A DNA stretch of 64,000 nt from Polyangiales bacterium (lineage in GTDB: Bacteria; Myxococcota_A; Polyangia; Polyangiales; Polyangiaceae). The notes under the pieces are model-generated. The model saw nothing but the letters and a program-made list of their open reading frames with translations, was not told the DNA's origin and did no database searches. Position numbers and translations under genes: made by a program. The stretch spans positions 70,636 to 134,635 of the forward strand of contig JBBRNJ010000012.1 in the NCBI GenBank assembly GCA_038230375.1. The letters are read 5' to 3'. Numbering within the stretch: the first letter of the stretch is position 1; every line of letters begins with the position of its first letter. Positions 21,089-29,563 of this stretch are shown here, one piece after another.

Positions 21089-21799
21089 ATGGACGCCAGA
21101 CCCGTCGCAAGTGTTCAGCGGGTGGAGAAGCGCGTGCTGGATGGCACGTCGCGCCGCCTAGTCCTGTCCGACGTGTCCTTCGATCTCGCGCCCGGCACGC
21201 TCACCATCCTGCGCGGCGCGAGCGGGAGCGGCAAGACAACGTTGCTCGCGATCGTGGGCGCGATGCTCTCGCCGACGAGCGGTGAGGTGTTGCTGGATGG
21301 CGAGCCCACGTCACGCTTGCGCGACGAGCATCGCGCGGAGGTGCGGCGACGGAAGGTGGGTTACCTCTTCCAGGATCTGCAGCTCATCGAACAGCTCAGC
21401 GCGTGGGAGAACATCGTGTTGCCGTGCGTACCCGACGGAAACCCCACCGAGGATCTCGCGCGCGCGGACGAGCTGCTCACGCGCTTCTCCATCGACAAGC
21501 TCCGAGACACGCGCGTGCGCCTGCTCTCCGGCGGCGAGCGGCAACGCGTGGCCCTGGCGCGCGCGCTCGTGCGCAATCCCAGGCTGCTCCTCCTGGACGA
21601 GCCCACGGCGCACCTCGATGACGAGCACGCCGACCTGCTCATCAAGGACTTGGTGCGCATCGCGGGCGAAGGGCGCGCGGTGCTCGTGGCCACCCACGAT
21701 CCGCGTTTGGCTGAAAAATCCGAGGTCTCAGCGGTCTTGCGGCTTGCCGAAGGGCGGCTTTCTGCCCAAGCTTCCTCTGAAGAGCCGAAGCCTGCATGA
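21089..21799 (+). CDS. ABC transporter ATP-binding protein (LolD/MacB-like)
   Basis: GASGSGKT, LSGGERQRVALARAL, LLLDEPT, ATHD. Confidence 0.93.
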   Translation: MDARPVASVQRVEKRVLDGTSRRLVLSDVSFDLAPGTLTILRGASGSGKTTLLAIVGAMLSPTSGEVLLDGEPTSRLRDEHRAEVRRRKVGYLFQDLQLIEQLSAWENIVLPCVPDGNPTEDLARADELLTRFSIDKLRDTRVRLLSGGERQRVALARALVRNPRLLLLDEPTAHLDDEHADLLIKDLVRIAGEGRAVLVATHDPRLAEKSEVSAVLRLAEGRLSAQASSEEPKPA

Positions 21800-22818
21800 A
21801 GAACCTCCTCGAGCCGTGGGTGCTCCTGCCGCTCGTGGCGAGCCTCGCCGCGGCGCTGTTCTTCGCGCGCGCCGCATGGACGGGTCTGCTCGTGCTGCGG
21901 CGGTTCGACGTGAAGCGCGCCACCGAAGGGCAGCTGTTGCTCGAGCGTCGCATGGAGCTCGCGTCGACCTACGTGCGCGTCGCGGCCGTCGTGAGCCTGC
22001 TGTCGCTCGTGCTGTTCGTCTACGCCGCGGATCGCCTGCACTACGGCGTGCGCGGGGCCATGTGCGCGTACGGCGTGCTCCATGAGAACGAGTGGGGCAT
22101 GCCAGCGCTCTACGGCGCCATCGGCGTTGCGCTCCTCTCCGGCGTCACGGCGCAGCTCTTCGCGCTGGACGCGCGCGTCCGCGGGCTCGATCTGTCGCGC
22201 CCCATCGCCGTCTTCGCGGTGGTCCTGGCGCCCGTGTCGTTCGTGGCGCTCGGGCTCCTCTATCGCTACGCGTCCACGCTGGACCTCACGGTCGTCGCGT
22301 CGTGCTGCTCCACCCAGATCGACGAGACGGTGGCGCAAGGCGGCACGTACGCGCAAGGCCCGCGCATCCTGACAGCCGCAAGCTCCGCGGTGACCGCGGT
22401 CGCCGCGATCGTCGTCTCCATCCTCGTCGCGAAGCGGCCGACGCGTGCGCGGATGGTCTTTGCTGCCGCCATGAGCGTGCTCGCGCTGCCGCTCGCGATC
22501 TCCGCCAGCGCGCTCGAGGTCGCGCCCTATGCCTTCGAGACACCGCGCCACACGTGCCCGTACTGTCTCCTCCGCAGCGACGTGCTCGGCATCGGGTTCC
22601 CGCTGTTCGGCGCCATCTTCCTGGCCACCGTGTGGTGCCTTGGCGTCGGGATGGGCGCCCTGCTGGCGCGCACGGAGGCTGTGCGGACGGCGCTGCGGGG
22701 CTTCGGTCGTGAGCGCCTCTCGCGGGGCGCGATCGCGTGGGCGCTCTCCCTTGCGCTCGGTCTTCTGCCCGTCGTGCGCTATCTGATCGTCTCCAGGGGA
22801 GCGTCCCTGTTCCAATGA
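21796..22818 (+). CDS. Polytopic membrane protein with Cys motifs
   Basis: About 8 TM segments; GAMCAYG, SCCS, HTCPYC; ATGA coupling at both ends. Confidence 0.75.
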   Translation: MKNLLEPWVLLPLVASLAAALFFARAAWTGLLVLRRFDVKRATEGQLLLERRMELASTYVRVAAVVSLLSLVLFVYAADRLHYGVRGAMCAYGVLHENEWGMPALYGAIGVALLSGVTAQLFALDARVRGLDLSRPIAVFAVVLAPVSFVALGLLYRYASTLDLTVVASCCSTQIDETVAQGGTYAQGPRILTAASSAVTAVAAIVVSILVAKRPTRARMVFAAAMSVLALPLAISASALEVAPYAFETPRHTCPYCLLRSDVLGIGFPLFGAIFLATVWCLGVGMGALLARTEAVRTALRGFGRERLSRGAIAWALSLALGLLPVVRYLIVSRGASLFQ

Positions 22819-23258
22819 GAGCCACCGTGAAACTGTCCGCCATCTTCGCGCTCCTGCTCGCCGCGCAGCTCGGCAGCGCGTGCAAGGACAAACCGGCGGA
22901 GGCTCGCTGCGGCTACTGCGGAATGAAGATCGATGCGCAGAGCGCCTGGCGGAGCGAGGTGAAGCGCCCCGACGGCAAGACCGACCCGTTCGACACGCCG
23001 CGATGCGCGTTCGGCTCCGTCACGAAGGGTGACGAGCCCGCCGGCTCCGTGGTGCGCGTCCAGGAGTTCTACGACCGCACGTGGCAAGACTCCGCGCAGG
23101 TGAAGTTCGCCGTCGGCAGCGACGTGACGGGCCCCATGGGTGCCGACCTGGTGCCGCTCCTGCCGGCCCACGCAGACAAGTTCGCGCACGACCACGCCGC
23201 AACCAAGGTGGTCCCAGGCGCCGACGTCAACGCAGCCGTGCTCGCGGAGCTTCGCTGA
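22815..23258 (+). CDS. NosL family copper-binding lipoprotein
   Basis: Lipoprotein-type signal ending GSAC; CGYCGMKI, FDTPRC, GSDVTGPMGADLVP. Confidence 0.82.
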   Translation: MRATVKLSAIFALLLAAQLGSACKDKPAEARCGYCGMKIDAQSAWRSEVKRPDGKTDPFDTPRCAFGSVTKGDEPAGSVVRVQEFYDRTWQDSAQVKFAVGSDVTGPMGADLVPLLPAHADKFAHDHAATKVVPGADVNAAVLAELR

Positions 23259-23262
23259 CGGG

Positions 23263-23502
23263 ATGCGCGACGAGCCGCCCCCGCCACCAGAATCACCACG
23301 GCTGCGTCGCGCCATGGAGCTCGTCTACGCCGTGGAGGGCGTCACCGCCGCCCGCATCTGGCACTGGCCGGGGAAGGTCGCGATCGCCGTGAAGGTGTCG
23401 CACGCAAGTACGCCGTCGGAGCTCATCGCGCGCGTCGAGGCGGCCGTGGCGGGCATGCGCGAGCCAGGCGAGAGCTGGGAGTTCGGGCTGCTCGACGTCT
23501 GA
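23263..23502 (+). CDS. Small hypothetical protein
   Basis: 79 aa ORF starting 4 bp after the NosL-like stop. Confidence 0.55.
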   Translation: MRDEPPPPPESPRLRRAMELVYAVEGVTAARIWHWPGKVAIAVKVSHASTPSELIARVEAAVAGMREPGESWEFGLLDV

Positions 23503-23606
23503 TCGGCCATGCTGTGGCGACCTTCCTGAGCGACACGAACGCCCCTGACATTCGAGTCGTACACGATGAATCAGCCTGAAAACAGGCCTTCGCGAGCCCC
23601 GGCGCT

Positions 23607-23623
23607 GCGGAACACCGATTGCA
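23607..23623 (+). promoter_or_regulatory. Candidate sigma54 -24/-12 promoter
   Basis: cGGaacaccgattGCa: GG 23609-10, N10, GC 23621-22, with TTGCA at -12. Confidence 0.4.
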
Positions 23624-23636
23624 CTTCTGCTTGGCC

Positions 23637-24191
23637 ATGCACCAACGCTCGCTCTCCACGTCTGTTCGTCGCATCGGGCTCATCGCGGCTGGCGCCCTTG
23701 CCCTTCTTGCGCTGACACGAACCGCGCACGCGGAGGACACTGCCATCGGCGAAGGCGGACCGGGCGCGGCACCCGCAACGACCATCATCACCAGCGAGCC
23801 CACGACGCAGGACGCGCCCGCGAAGAAGACCCACCCGCGCTACTGGCTCACGGCGACCGGCGCGATCACCTTTGGCGGCGCCTATGTCGCAAACGCAGTC
23901 CTCTTTCCGCTTGCCGTGATCGAGCCGCCGGATGGTCCTAGCTCTCCGAGCTCGCTCTGGTACGTCACCCCCGTGGTGGGACCGTTCGCGCTCGCCGCGA
24001 AGCTCTCGCAGTTCGACAACGGGCTCCGACGCTTCGAGTGGATCGACGGATCGCTGCAGACCGTAGGCCTGGCGATGGTGGCGGCCAGCTTCCTCTTCCC
24101 AGTGGAGAACGAGAAGACCGAGAAGCGGGAGACCGCGACCATTCATCCCGTCGTCTCGCCGCGCTTCGTCGGAGCGACCGGAACCTTCTGA
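23637..24191 (+). CDS. Hypothetical exported/membrane protein
   Basis: Signal peptide ending AHA; hydrophobic segments; C-terminal GTF. Confidence 0.65.
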   Translation: MHQRSLSTSVRRIGLIAAGALALLALTRTAHAEDTAIGEGGPGAAPATTIITSEPTTQDAPAKKTHPRYWLTATGAITFGGAYVANAVLFPLAVIEPPDGPSSPSSLWYVTPVVGPFALAAKLSQFDNGLRRFEWIDGSLQTVGLAMVAASFLFPVENEKTEKRETATIHPVVSPRFVGATGTF

Positions 24192-24193
24192 AC

Positions 24194-24712
24194 TCAGGTC
24201 GTGGCGACGGGGGTGGGGCCCATGAAGATGGCTTCGATCTCGTTCTTCACGTGCTCCTCGGTCTGCTTGCGGGAGATGCCGATCTCCTTGCAGATGAGTC
24301 CGCGCGCGGTGTCGAGCATGCGGCGCTCGCCGAATGAGAGCTGCTTCTCCACCTTGAGTCGGTAGAGATCTCGCATCACCTCTGCCACGTCGTAGATGGA
24401 GCCGGTGTCGATCTTCTCCTTGAAGCTCCGATACCGCCTGTTCCACGTCTGCTTGTCGAAGGCGATGGTGCGCTCGCGCAGGATGTCGAAGATCTCCTGG
24501 ATCTCCTCCTCGCTGATGATCTGCCTGAGGCCGCGCTCCTTGGCGCTCGCGACCGGCACCAGGATCTTGTGGTCCGTGTTGAGGATCTTCAGCACGTAGA
24601 AGCTCTGGCGAGAGCCGCCCAGATCCTTCTCTTCGATGCGGATCACCTCGACGACGCCCTGCGCGGGGTACACAGCTTTGTCTCCGACCGCGAACTCAGG
24701 CTTTGTCGTCAT
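24194..24712 (-). CDS. cdnL: CarD/CdnL family RNA polymerase-binding factor
   Basis: FAVGDKAVYPAQGV, TWNRRYR, IYDVAEVMRDL, LSFGERRMLDTAR; no HMGA tail, so CdnL-type. Confidence 0.9.
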   Translation of the reverse strand: MTTKPEFAVGDKAVYPAQGVVEVIRIEEKDLGGSRQSFYVLKILNTDHKILVPVASAKERGLRQIISEEEIQEIFDILRERTIAFDKQTWNRRYRSFKEKIDTGSIYDVAEVMRDLYRLKVEKQLSFGERRMLDTARGLICKEIGISRKQTEEHVKNEIEAIFMGPTPVATT

Positions 24713-24765
24713 CAACTGGACCACGGAGAATATGCGGAGCGACGGACAACGTCAACGACGGGGCA

Positions 24766-25530
24766 TCATCGACAGGAGGGCCGGTTGCACGAGTCCGTCT
24801 GCGGTCCCACGACCCACGTGCCGTAACCACACGTGGTGTACGGGCCCAGCGAGAGCCCGTTGCACGAGTCGTAGCCGCAGACAACGGTGTTGTCCGTGCA
24901 CGCCGTGCCGAGGCGCGCGCGCTCCGGTGTACACGTCGGAGACGTGGTGACTGCACCGCCATCCACGAATGCTGCCGGCACGCTGGACCACGCGCGGCAC
25001 ATCCACTGGTCCAGCTGCGGGCTGCCGTCGTAGTCGTCGCAGGTGATGCAGCCGCAGCGGCCCTCTACGTAGTCGCAGGTGCCCTTTGATGGACACGCTG
25101 CGTCCGTTTGCTCGCCGTAACCTGTGGGGCAATCGCCAGGCTGAAGGCCACAGCTCACGTCCGGGAGCGCGACGTGCCATGCGATCACACCGCCTGTCTT
25201 CGCCAGCACGTCGCAATGGGTCTTCGTGGTGCAGAGCGAGTGCGCGCCGCCGTCGCCGTACTCGCACCAGAGGCCTGGTTCGTCGCAGGGTTGCGCCATC
25301 GCGGGAATGGCCACGGGGCAGCCCGCGTCTCCGCGCACGAAGAGATCTCGCGCGTCCACACCGCCGTCCAGCGGGCTCGCGTCCGTCGCGGCGTCGTCGC
25401 CTGCGTCCGCGCCGCTGCTCTTGTTGCCATCCGTGCCGCACGCAAACAGCCCGTATCCGAGCAGGAGGAGCGAGACCGCGGCGCACCCCGTGGAGAACGC
25501 GATGACGGCGCCTCGTGGCAGCCCCTTCAC
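24766..25530 (-). CDS. Cys-rich lipoprotein
   Basis: LFAC lipobox; repeated C-x-Y modules. Confidence 0.7.
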   Translation of the reverse strand: MKGLPRGAVIAFSTGCAAVSLLLLGYGLFACGTDGNKSSGADAGDDAATDASPLDGGVDARDLFVRGDAGCPVAIPAMAQPCDEPGLWCEYGDGGAHSLCTTKTHCDVLAKTGGVIAWHVALPDVSCGLQPGDCPTGYGEQTDAACPSKGTCDYVEGRCGCITCDDYDGSPQLDQWMCRAWSSVPAAFVDGGAVTTSPTCTPERARLGTACTDNTVVCGYDSCNGLSLGPYTTCGYGTWVVGPQTDSCNRPSCR

Positions 25531-26435
25531 GAGGCAAGCACCTCTGCGAGGCCCCAGCGCACTCCACGATCGGAGATCCGTGCCTCCGTCTTGCCAAGCT
25601 TCTCGAGCACGGCAATCGCCACAAGGCCGCCAGCGACGATCACGTCCGCGCGCTTCGGCTCCAGGCCGGTGACCTGGCGTCGCCCGGAAAGCGGGAGAAG
25701 CGCGAGCTCGTCGACGATCTCTCGAAGCCGGGCGAGGGAGAGCATGCTTCCGTGCACGCGCGCCCCGTCGTAGTCCTTCATCTTCATCGCGATGGCGGCG
25801 AGCGTTGTCATGGTGCCCGCGATGCCCACTGGCGCATGTGCGGTGGCGAGCGGCGGCACCTCCGCAAATGCCTTCTTTGCAGCCGCGGATGCCGTTGCGA
25901 GCTCTGCGCCCGTTGGCGGGTCCGTGGGCAGCGTTCGCTCCGTCAGCCGCACGCTGCCAATGTCCACGCTGGTCGCATAGTGGATCGCGTCGCCCTCTCC
26001 CAGGACGATCTCCGTGCTCCCACCACCAATGTCGTAGACAGCGACTGGCCCATTCGGGACCGTCAATCCGGAGAGCGCGCCGCGAAAAGTGAGGCGTGCC
26101 TCCTCGTCACCGGAGATGACGCGCGCCGGAACGCCCATCTCTCGTTGGACGAGGTCACGGATCACCTCCGAGCCGCCCGCATCGCGCATGGCCGACGTGC
26201 CGACAACGTCCACGGCGGTGCATCCGTGCTCACGGATGATCTTCGCGTAGCGCAGCAGCGCGTTGCGGGTCCTCTCCACCGCCTCCGGAGCGAGCATCCG
26301 GGCCTTGTCGACACCCTGACCGAGGCGCGTGATCTCCGCCTCTTCCTGCAGCGCCACGAGCTGCCCCTGCGCGTCCCGTGAGGCGACGAGCAGGAGCACC
26401 GTGTTCGTACCGATGTCGATGGTGGCGACCGGCAC
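25527..26435 (-). CDS. ppx: Ppx/GppA phosphatase
   Basis: IDIGTNT, TSAMRDA, ISGDEEA, DIGGGSTE, RADVIVAG, GVRWG. Confidence 0.92.
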   Translation of the reverse strand: MPVATIDIGTNTVLLLVASRDAQGQLVALQEEAEITRLGQGVDKARMLAPEAVERTRNALLRYAKIIREHGCTAVDVVGTSAMRDAGGSEVIRDLVQREMGVPARVISGDEEARLTFRGALSGLTVPNGPVAVYDIGGGSTEIVLGEGDAIHYATSVDIGSVRLTERTLPTDPPTGAELATASAAAKKAFAEVPPLATAHAPVGIAGTMTTLAAIAMKMKDYDGARVHGSMLSLARLREIVDELALLPLSGRRQVTGLEPKRADVIVAGGLVAIAVLEKLGKTEARISDRGVRWGLAEVLAS

Positions 26436-26445
26436 TGCGGTCCGA

Positions 26446-27288
26446 CTACTTGATGTTGTTCAGGTTGAGCATCTCTTCGACGTTCGGCTGAACGACGAGC
26501 TCGACGCGGCGGTTACGCTGCATCTGGTCCTTGTCCTGCGTGACCTCGTTGCCCGCGATGGGGTCCGTGTGGCCGAAGCCCGACGCCGACCAGTGCTTCG
26601 GGTCCAGGCCGCCGCCCTTCGCTCCGCCCTTCTTGTCCTTGTCGCTCGGCGCGATGAGGAAGAGGAGAACCTGGCGCGCACGCGAAAGAGAGAGGCCCCA
26701 GTTGTCGTGGAAGGCGCCCCCCACCGGGTACGGAGCATTGTCCGTGTGGCCCGCGACGGAGAAGTTGCGCGTGTTGAGGTCCTTGTCGCCGCGAACGACG
26801 TCCGCGACCTGGGCCAGGACGTCCTTGCCGGACGCCTTCAACTCGTCTTTGCCCGAGTCGAAGAGGATGTCGCCGGGCAGCTGGATGACCATGCGGTTGT
26901 TCCGCACGACCACCTTGAGACCGATGGCGCTCAGCTTCTCGAGCTTCGCGCGGAGCTCGCGGAAGCGGGCCTCGATCACGCTGAGCTGGTCAGCGCGCTG
27001 CTTGTACTCGGCGAGCGCCTGCTGCAGCTTCTGCGACTCCTCCTTGGACTTGTCGAGGCCGATGCCCGCCTCCTTCAACTGCACGCGCATGCCTTCGATC
27101 TGCGTCTGCGCATCGTTGTAACGCTGGTCGTCCTGGGCGATCTGCGCCTTCGCGGCCTTGAGATCTGCCTGGAGCTTGTTGATCTCGCGATCCTTGCCGG
27201 ACATCTCCTCATCCGAGTGACCACACGCCGTGAGTGCGAACGAGCTCGCCATGATCACCGCCAACAACCCGCCGCTCTTTTTCCACAT
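26446..27288 (-). CDS. OmpA/MotB family lipoprotein with coiled coil
   Basis: LTAC lipobox; ILFDSGK, VAGHTDN, NWGLSLSRA, RNRRVE. Confidence 0.9.
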   Translation of the reverse strand: MWKKSGGLLAVIMASSFALTACGHSDEEMSGKDREINKLQADLKAAKAQIAQDDQRYNDAQTQIEGMRVQLKEAGIGLDKSKEESQKLQQALAEYKQRADQLSVIEARFRELRAKLEKLSAIGLKVVVRNNRMVIQLPGDILFDSGKDELKASGKDVLAQVADVVRGDKDLNTRNFSVAGHTDNAPYPVGGAFHDNWGLSLSRARQVLLFLIAPSDKDKKGGAKGGGLDPKHWSASGFGHTDPIAGNEVTQDKDQMQRNRRVELVVQPNVEEMLNLNNIK

Positions 27289-27654
27289 GAGACCTGCTCC
27301 TGGTTTTGAAGCGCGCATCAAGAGAGAGCGCGCACTGACAACGAAGCCGACGGTATGACCGTGCGACGGAGGCGTCAAGCCGCTCCCGGCACGCGCACGT
27401 AGAGATCGTGAGCACGTGATCACGAACCTCGTTCACGTCGTTGCAAAAAAAAAAACACGCGCCGAAGGGCCTTCGCACGGACGTCTTTTTTGCGGCCGCA
27501 ATCAAGATGGATCCGCGATCGCACGTCTCCCGGACATCAAAAAACATCGAGAAAAACAGCGATCAAAAATCACCCAACAAACAATTGCGACAGTCAATCT
27601 AAATCGACATCCGCTCCACGATCAGGGTGCCCGTCCATTCAGGGGGGAACACCG

Positions 27655-27706
27655 GTCAAGTTTTTTTATTTGACATCTAACGTACGTGACCATATAGGTC
27701 ATGTAC
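27655..27706 (+). promoter_or_regulatory. Sigma70-type promoter with overlapping palindromic operator
   Basis: T-tract, TTGACA 27670-75, 17 bp spacer, TATAGG 27693-98; palindrome GTACGTGACC-ATATA-GGTCATGTAC 27682-27706. Confidence 0.6.
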
Positions 27707-27730
27707 CAACCCTTCAGGAGGGCATACACA

Positions 27731-28048
27731 ATGGCTGCAAAGAAGAAGGCTGCTGCGAAGAAGACGAAGACCACTAAGAAGGCGGCGGGCAAGACCGCAA
27801 AGAAGAGCGCGAAGAAGCGCTCTGCTGCCAAGAAGCCTGCAAAAAAGGCTGGCGCAAAAAAGGCTGCCAAGAAACCAGCTAGGAAAGCCGCCCCAAAGGC
27901 GGCGAAGACTGGTGGGGGACGGGCAGCATCTGCCAAGCGCCCCGCAGGCGGTAAGAAGGCCCCCAAGGCCGCACCGCCGGCAGGCGTTCCGTCGATCCTC
28001 GGCGGCGCTCCGGCATCAGGCCACGGCCTCGATGACGGGGAAGAGTAG
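27731..28048 (+). CDS. Lys/Ala-rich histone H1-like nucleoid protein
   Basis: AGGAGG RBS; AKK/PAKK repeats; short acidic tail LDDGEE. Confidence 0.8.
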   Translation: MAAKKKAAAKKTKTTKKAAGKTAKKSAKKRSAAKKPAKKAGAKKAAKKPARKAAPKAAKTGGGRAASAKRPAGGKKAPKAAPPAGVPSILGGAPASGHGLDDGEE

Positions 28049-28101
28049 AGAAAACCCTTTCCTTATCGTTGCCTCACCCTAAAAAGTGGGCTTCGGGACT
28101 C

Positions 28102-28140
28102 AGGGCGCGACCTTTCGAGGGACGCGCCCTTTGTCTTTTG
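28102..28140 (+). terminator. Intrinsic terminator
   Basis: agggcgcg...ttcg...cgcgccct followed by ttgtctttt. Confidence 0.75.
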
Positions 28141-28317
28141 TCTGTTCGGGTTTGGCAGTGGAGGAATAGCTCAACCGTAGCTCCACGGAGCTACTCCTCT
28201 ATATAGTGGTGCGCGGGTGGGGAGCGGACGTTGGTCCAGGCAACAGGCGCGCACCCCTGGTCACCTTGGAGCCAATGGCTGAGCTCATTGGGCCGAGGTT
28301 GAGGTCCAGGTCGATGG

Positions 28318-28427
28318 CGAGGTCGAAGTCGAGGTCGAGGTCGAGGTCGAGGTCGAAGTCGAGGTCGAAGTCGAGGTCGAGGTCGAGGTCGAGGTCGAGG
28401 TCGAGGTCGAGGTCGAAGTCGAAGTCG
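28318..28427. repeat. Hexamer tandem repeat (TCGARG)n, intergenic
   Basis: About 18 core units with degenerate flanks, next to the lipase stop codon. Confidence 0.92.
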
Positions 28428-28435
28428 CCGTCGAT

Positions 28436-29491
28436 CTAGAAGCCCTTTGCGGCGAGGTCGAAGGCTACGTCCCTGTAGAAGCGGAGGTGGTCGAAGCCCG
28501 TTCGCTTGTTCATTCCGTTCAGCTTCGGTTGACCGACTTCCGCCAGGTGGTCGGCGGGGATGCAGCCTCGGAACTCGCCCCACTTGGCGTTCTCGACTGT
28601 GACCATGCCGTCGTTCGGTCGCATCGCCGTGCCGTGGGCTACGAAGGGTGCGCCGACTGCTAGCTGCAGGCTCATCGCGTGGCGGCGGCCGTGGTACGTG
28701 GCGAAGTTGCCGTCGCATGCGCCTGCGTCTGCGCCGTTCGGGATCGCGAGGATGTTCGAGACGCCCGCCCATGACTGGTAATAGACGCGCGCGTCGTCGG
28801 GGTTCTTCTCGTCGAATGCAGGCGCGTTGCTCTCCGCGATGGACTGGAAGGCTGCGCGGAGGTGGGTCTGGTTCGCGAGATCGCTTGCGGTGAAGGTGGT
28901 CGCGAATGCCCGCGCCAGCGCGTTCACCGCTTCATCCGCTTTCCCGGGGATGATCTTCAAGGCGACGTCCGCGATCTGCGAGCCGCCGTGCGGTGTCGAG
29001 ATCGTGGTGAGCGACGCGACACGATCGCCGTAGCCGAGCGAGCTCACGAGATAGCGGGAATCCAGGCCCCCCATCGAGTGCGCGATGATGTTGACCTTCG
29101 AAGCATCGCAGCCGTGAACGAGTCTGCACTCCGCGATCGCCTGGTCCACGTGCGTGGCGAGCGACTTCGCGCGCACCTCGGCCGAGTCGAACGGCGGAAC
29201 GGACGCGACGTGCACCACGTGGCCATCCTTGCGCAGCGCCTCTGCAACGCCATAGAACGCCCAGCCGTTTGTCGGTGAGCCGTTGAAGCCATGCGCCAGC
29301 ACGATGGCGTGATGAGTCGCGCGACCGGCGGGCGTTGCGCCCAGCGGCTGCGCATCCAGAAGATCGTCCGTGCTCTCGTCGGTGTTGTCCGTGGGTGCCG
29401 CGCAGCCTACTGCGAACGAAACCGCAGCCGCGATCAGGAACGGGAAGACCTTGCGGAAGGGGGCGAGTCCGAGCTTGGCCTTGAGCATCAT
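28436..29491 (-). CDS. Triacylglycerol lipase / alpha-beta hydrolase lipoprotein
   Basis: AVGC lipobox; LAHGF, IAHSMGGLD, STPHGGS, NDGMV, ADHL. Confidence 0.9.
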   Translation of the reverse strand: MMLKAKLGLAPFRKVFPFLIAAAVSFAVGCAAPTDNTDESTDDLLDAQPLGATPAGRATHHAIVLAHGFNGSPTNGWAFYGVAEALRKDGHVVHVASVPPFDSAEVRAKSLATHVDQAIAECRLVHGCDASKVNIIAHSMGGLDSRYLVSSLGYGDRVASLTTISTPHGGSQIADVALKIIPGKADEAVNALARAFATTFTASDLANQTHLRAAFQSIAESNAPAFDEKNPDDARVYYQSWAGVSNILAIPNGADAGACDGNFATYHGRRHAMSLQLAVGAPFVAHGTAMRPNDGMVTVENAKWGEFRGCIPADHLAEVGQPKLNGMNKRTGFDHLRFYRDVAFDLAAKGF

Positions 29492-29503
29492 ACCTACAAC
29501 GTA

Positions 29504-29550
29504 AGCACGTGTCGTACCTATATTGAATACCTGAAATCACACATGAATAC
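29504..29550 (-). promoter_or_regulatory. Candidate sigma54 promoter of the lipase gene plus GTATTCA direct repeats
   Basis: Minus strand aGGTACGacacgtGCt (GG-N10-GC, 29518-29505); TGAATAC at 29524-30 and 29544-50. Confidence 0.45.
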
Positions 29551-29563
29551 TGGCATCGGCGGG

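Noticed and set aside
24194..24712. Myxococcus-type CarD with HMGA domain
   Set aside because: No acidic/AT-hook C-terminal extension; the sequence fits CdnL.
28159..28235. tRNA-like 5' end (GGAATAGCTCAA)
   Set aside because: No anticodon arm, no T-arm GTTCRA and no matching acceptor stem.
28318..28427. Possible CRISPR array
   Set aside because: 6-bp units with no unique spacers and no cas genes in the window.
28206..28439. ORF with SR/SK dipeptide repeats (SR-protein-like)
   Set aside because: It is the translation of the hexamer tract, has no clear RBS and has no other recognisable content.
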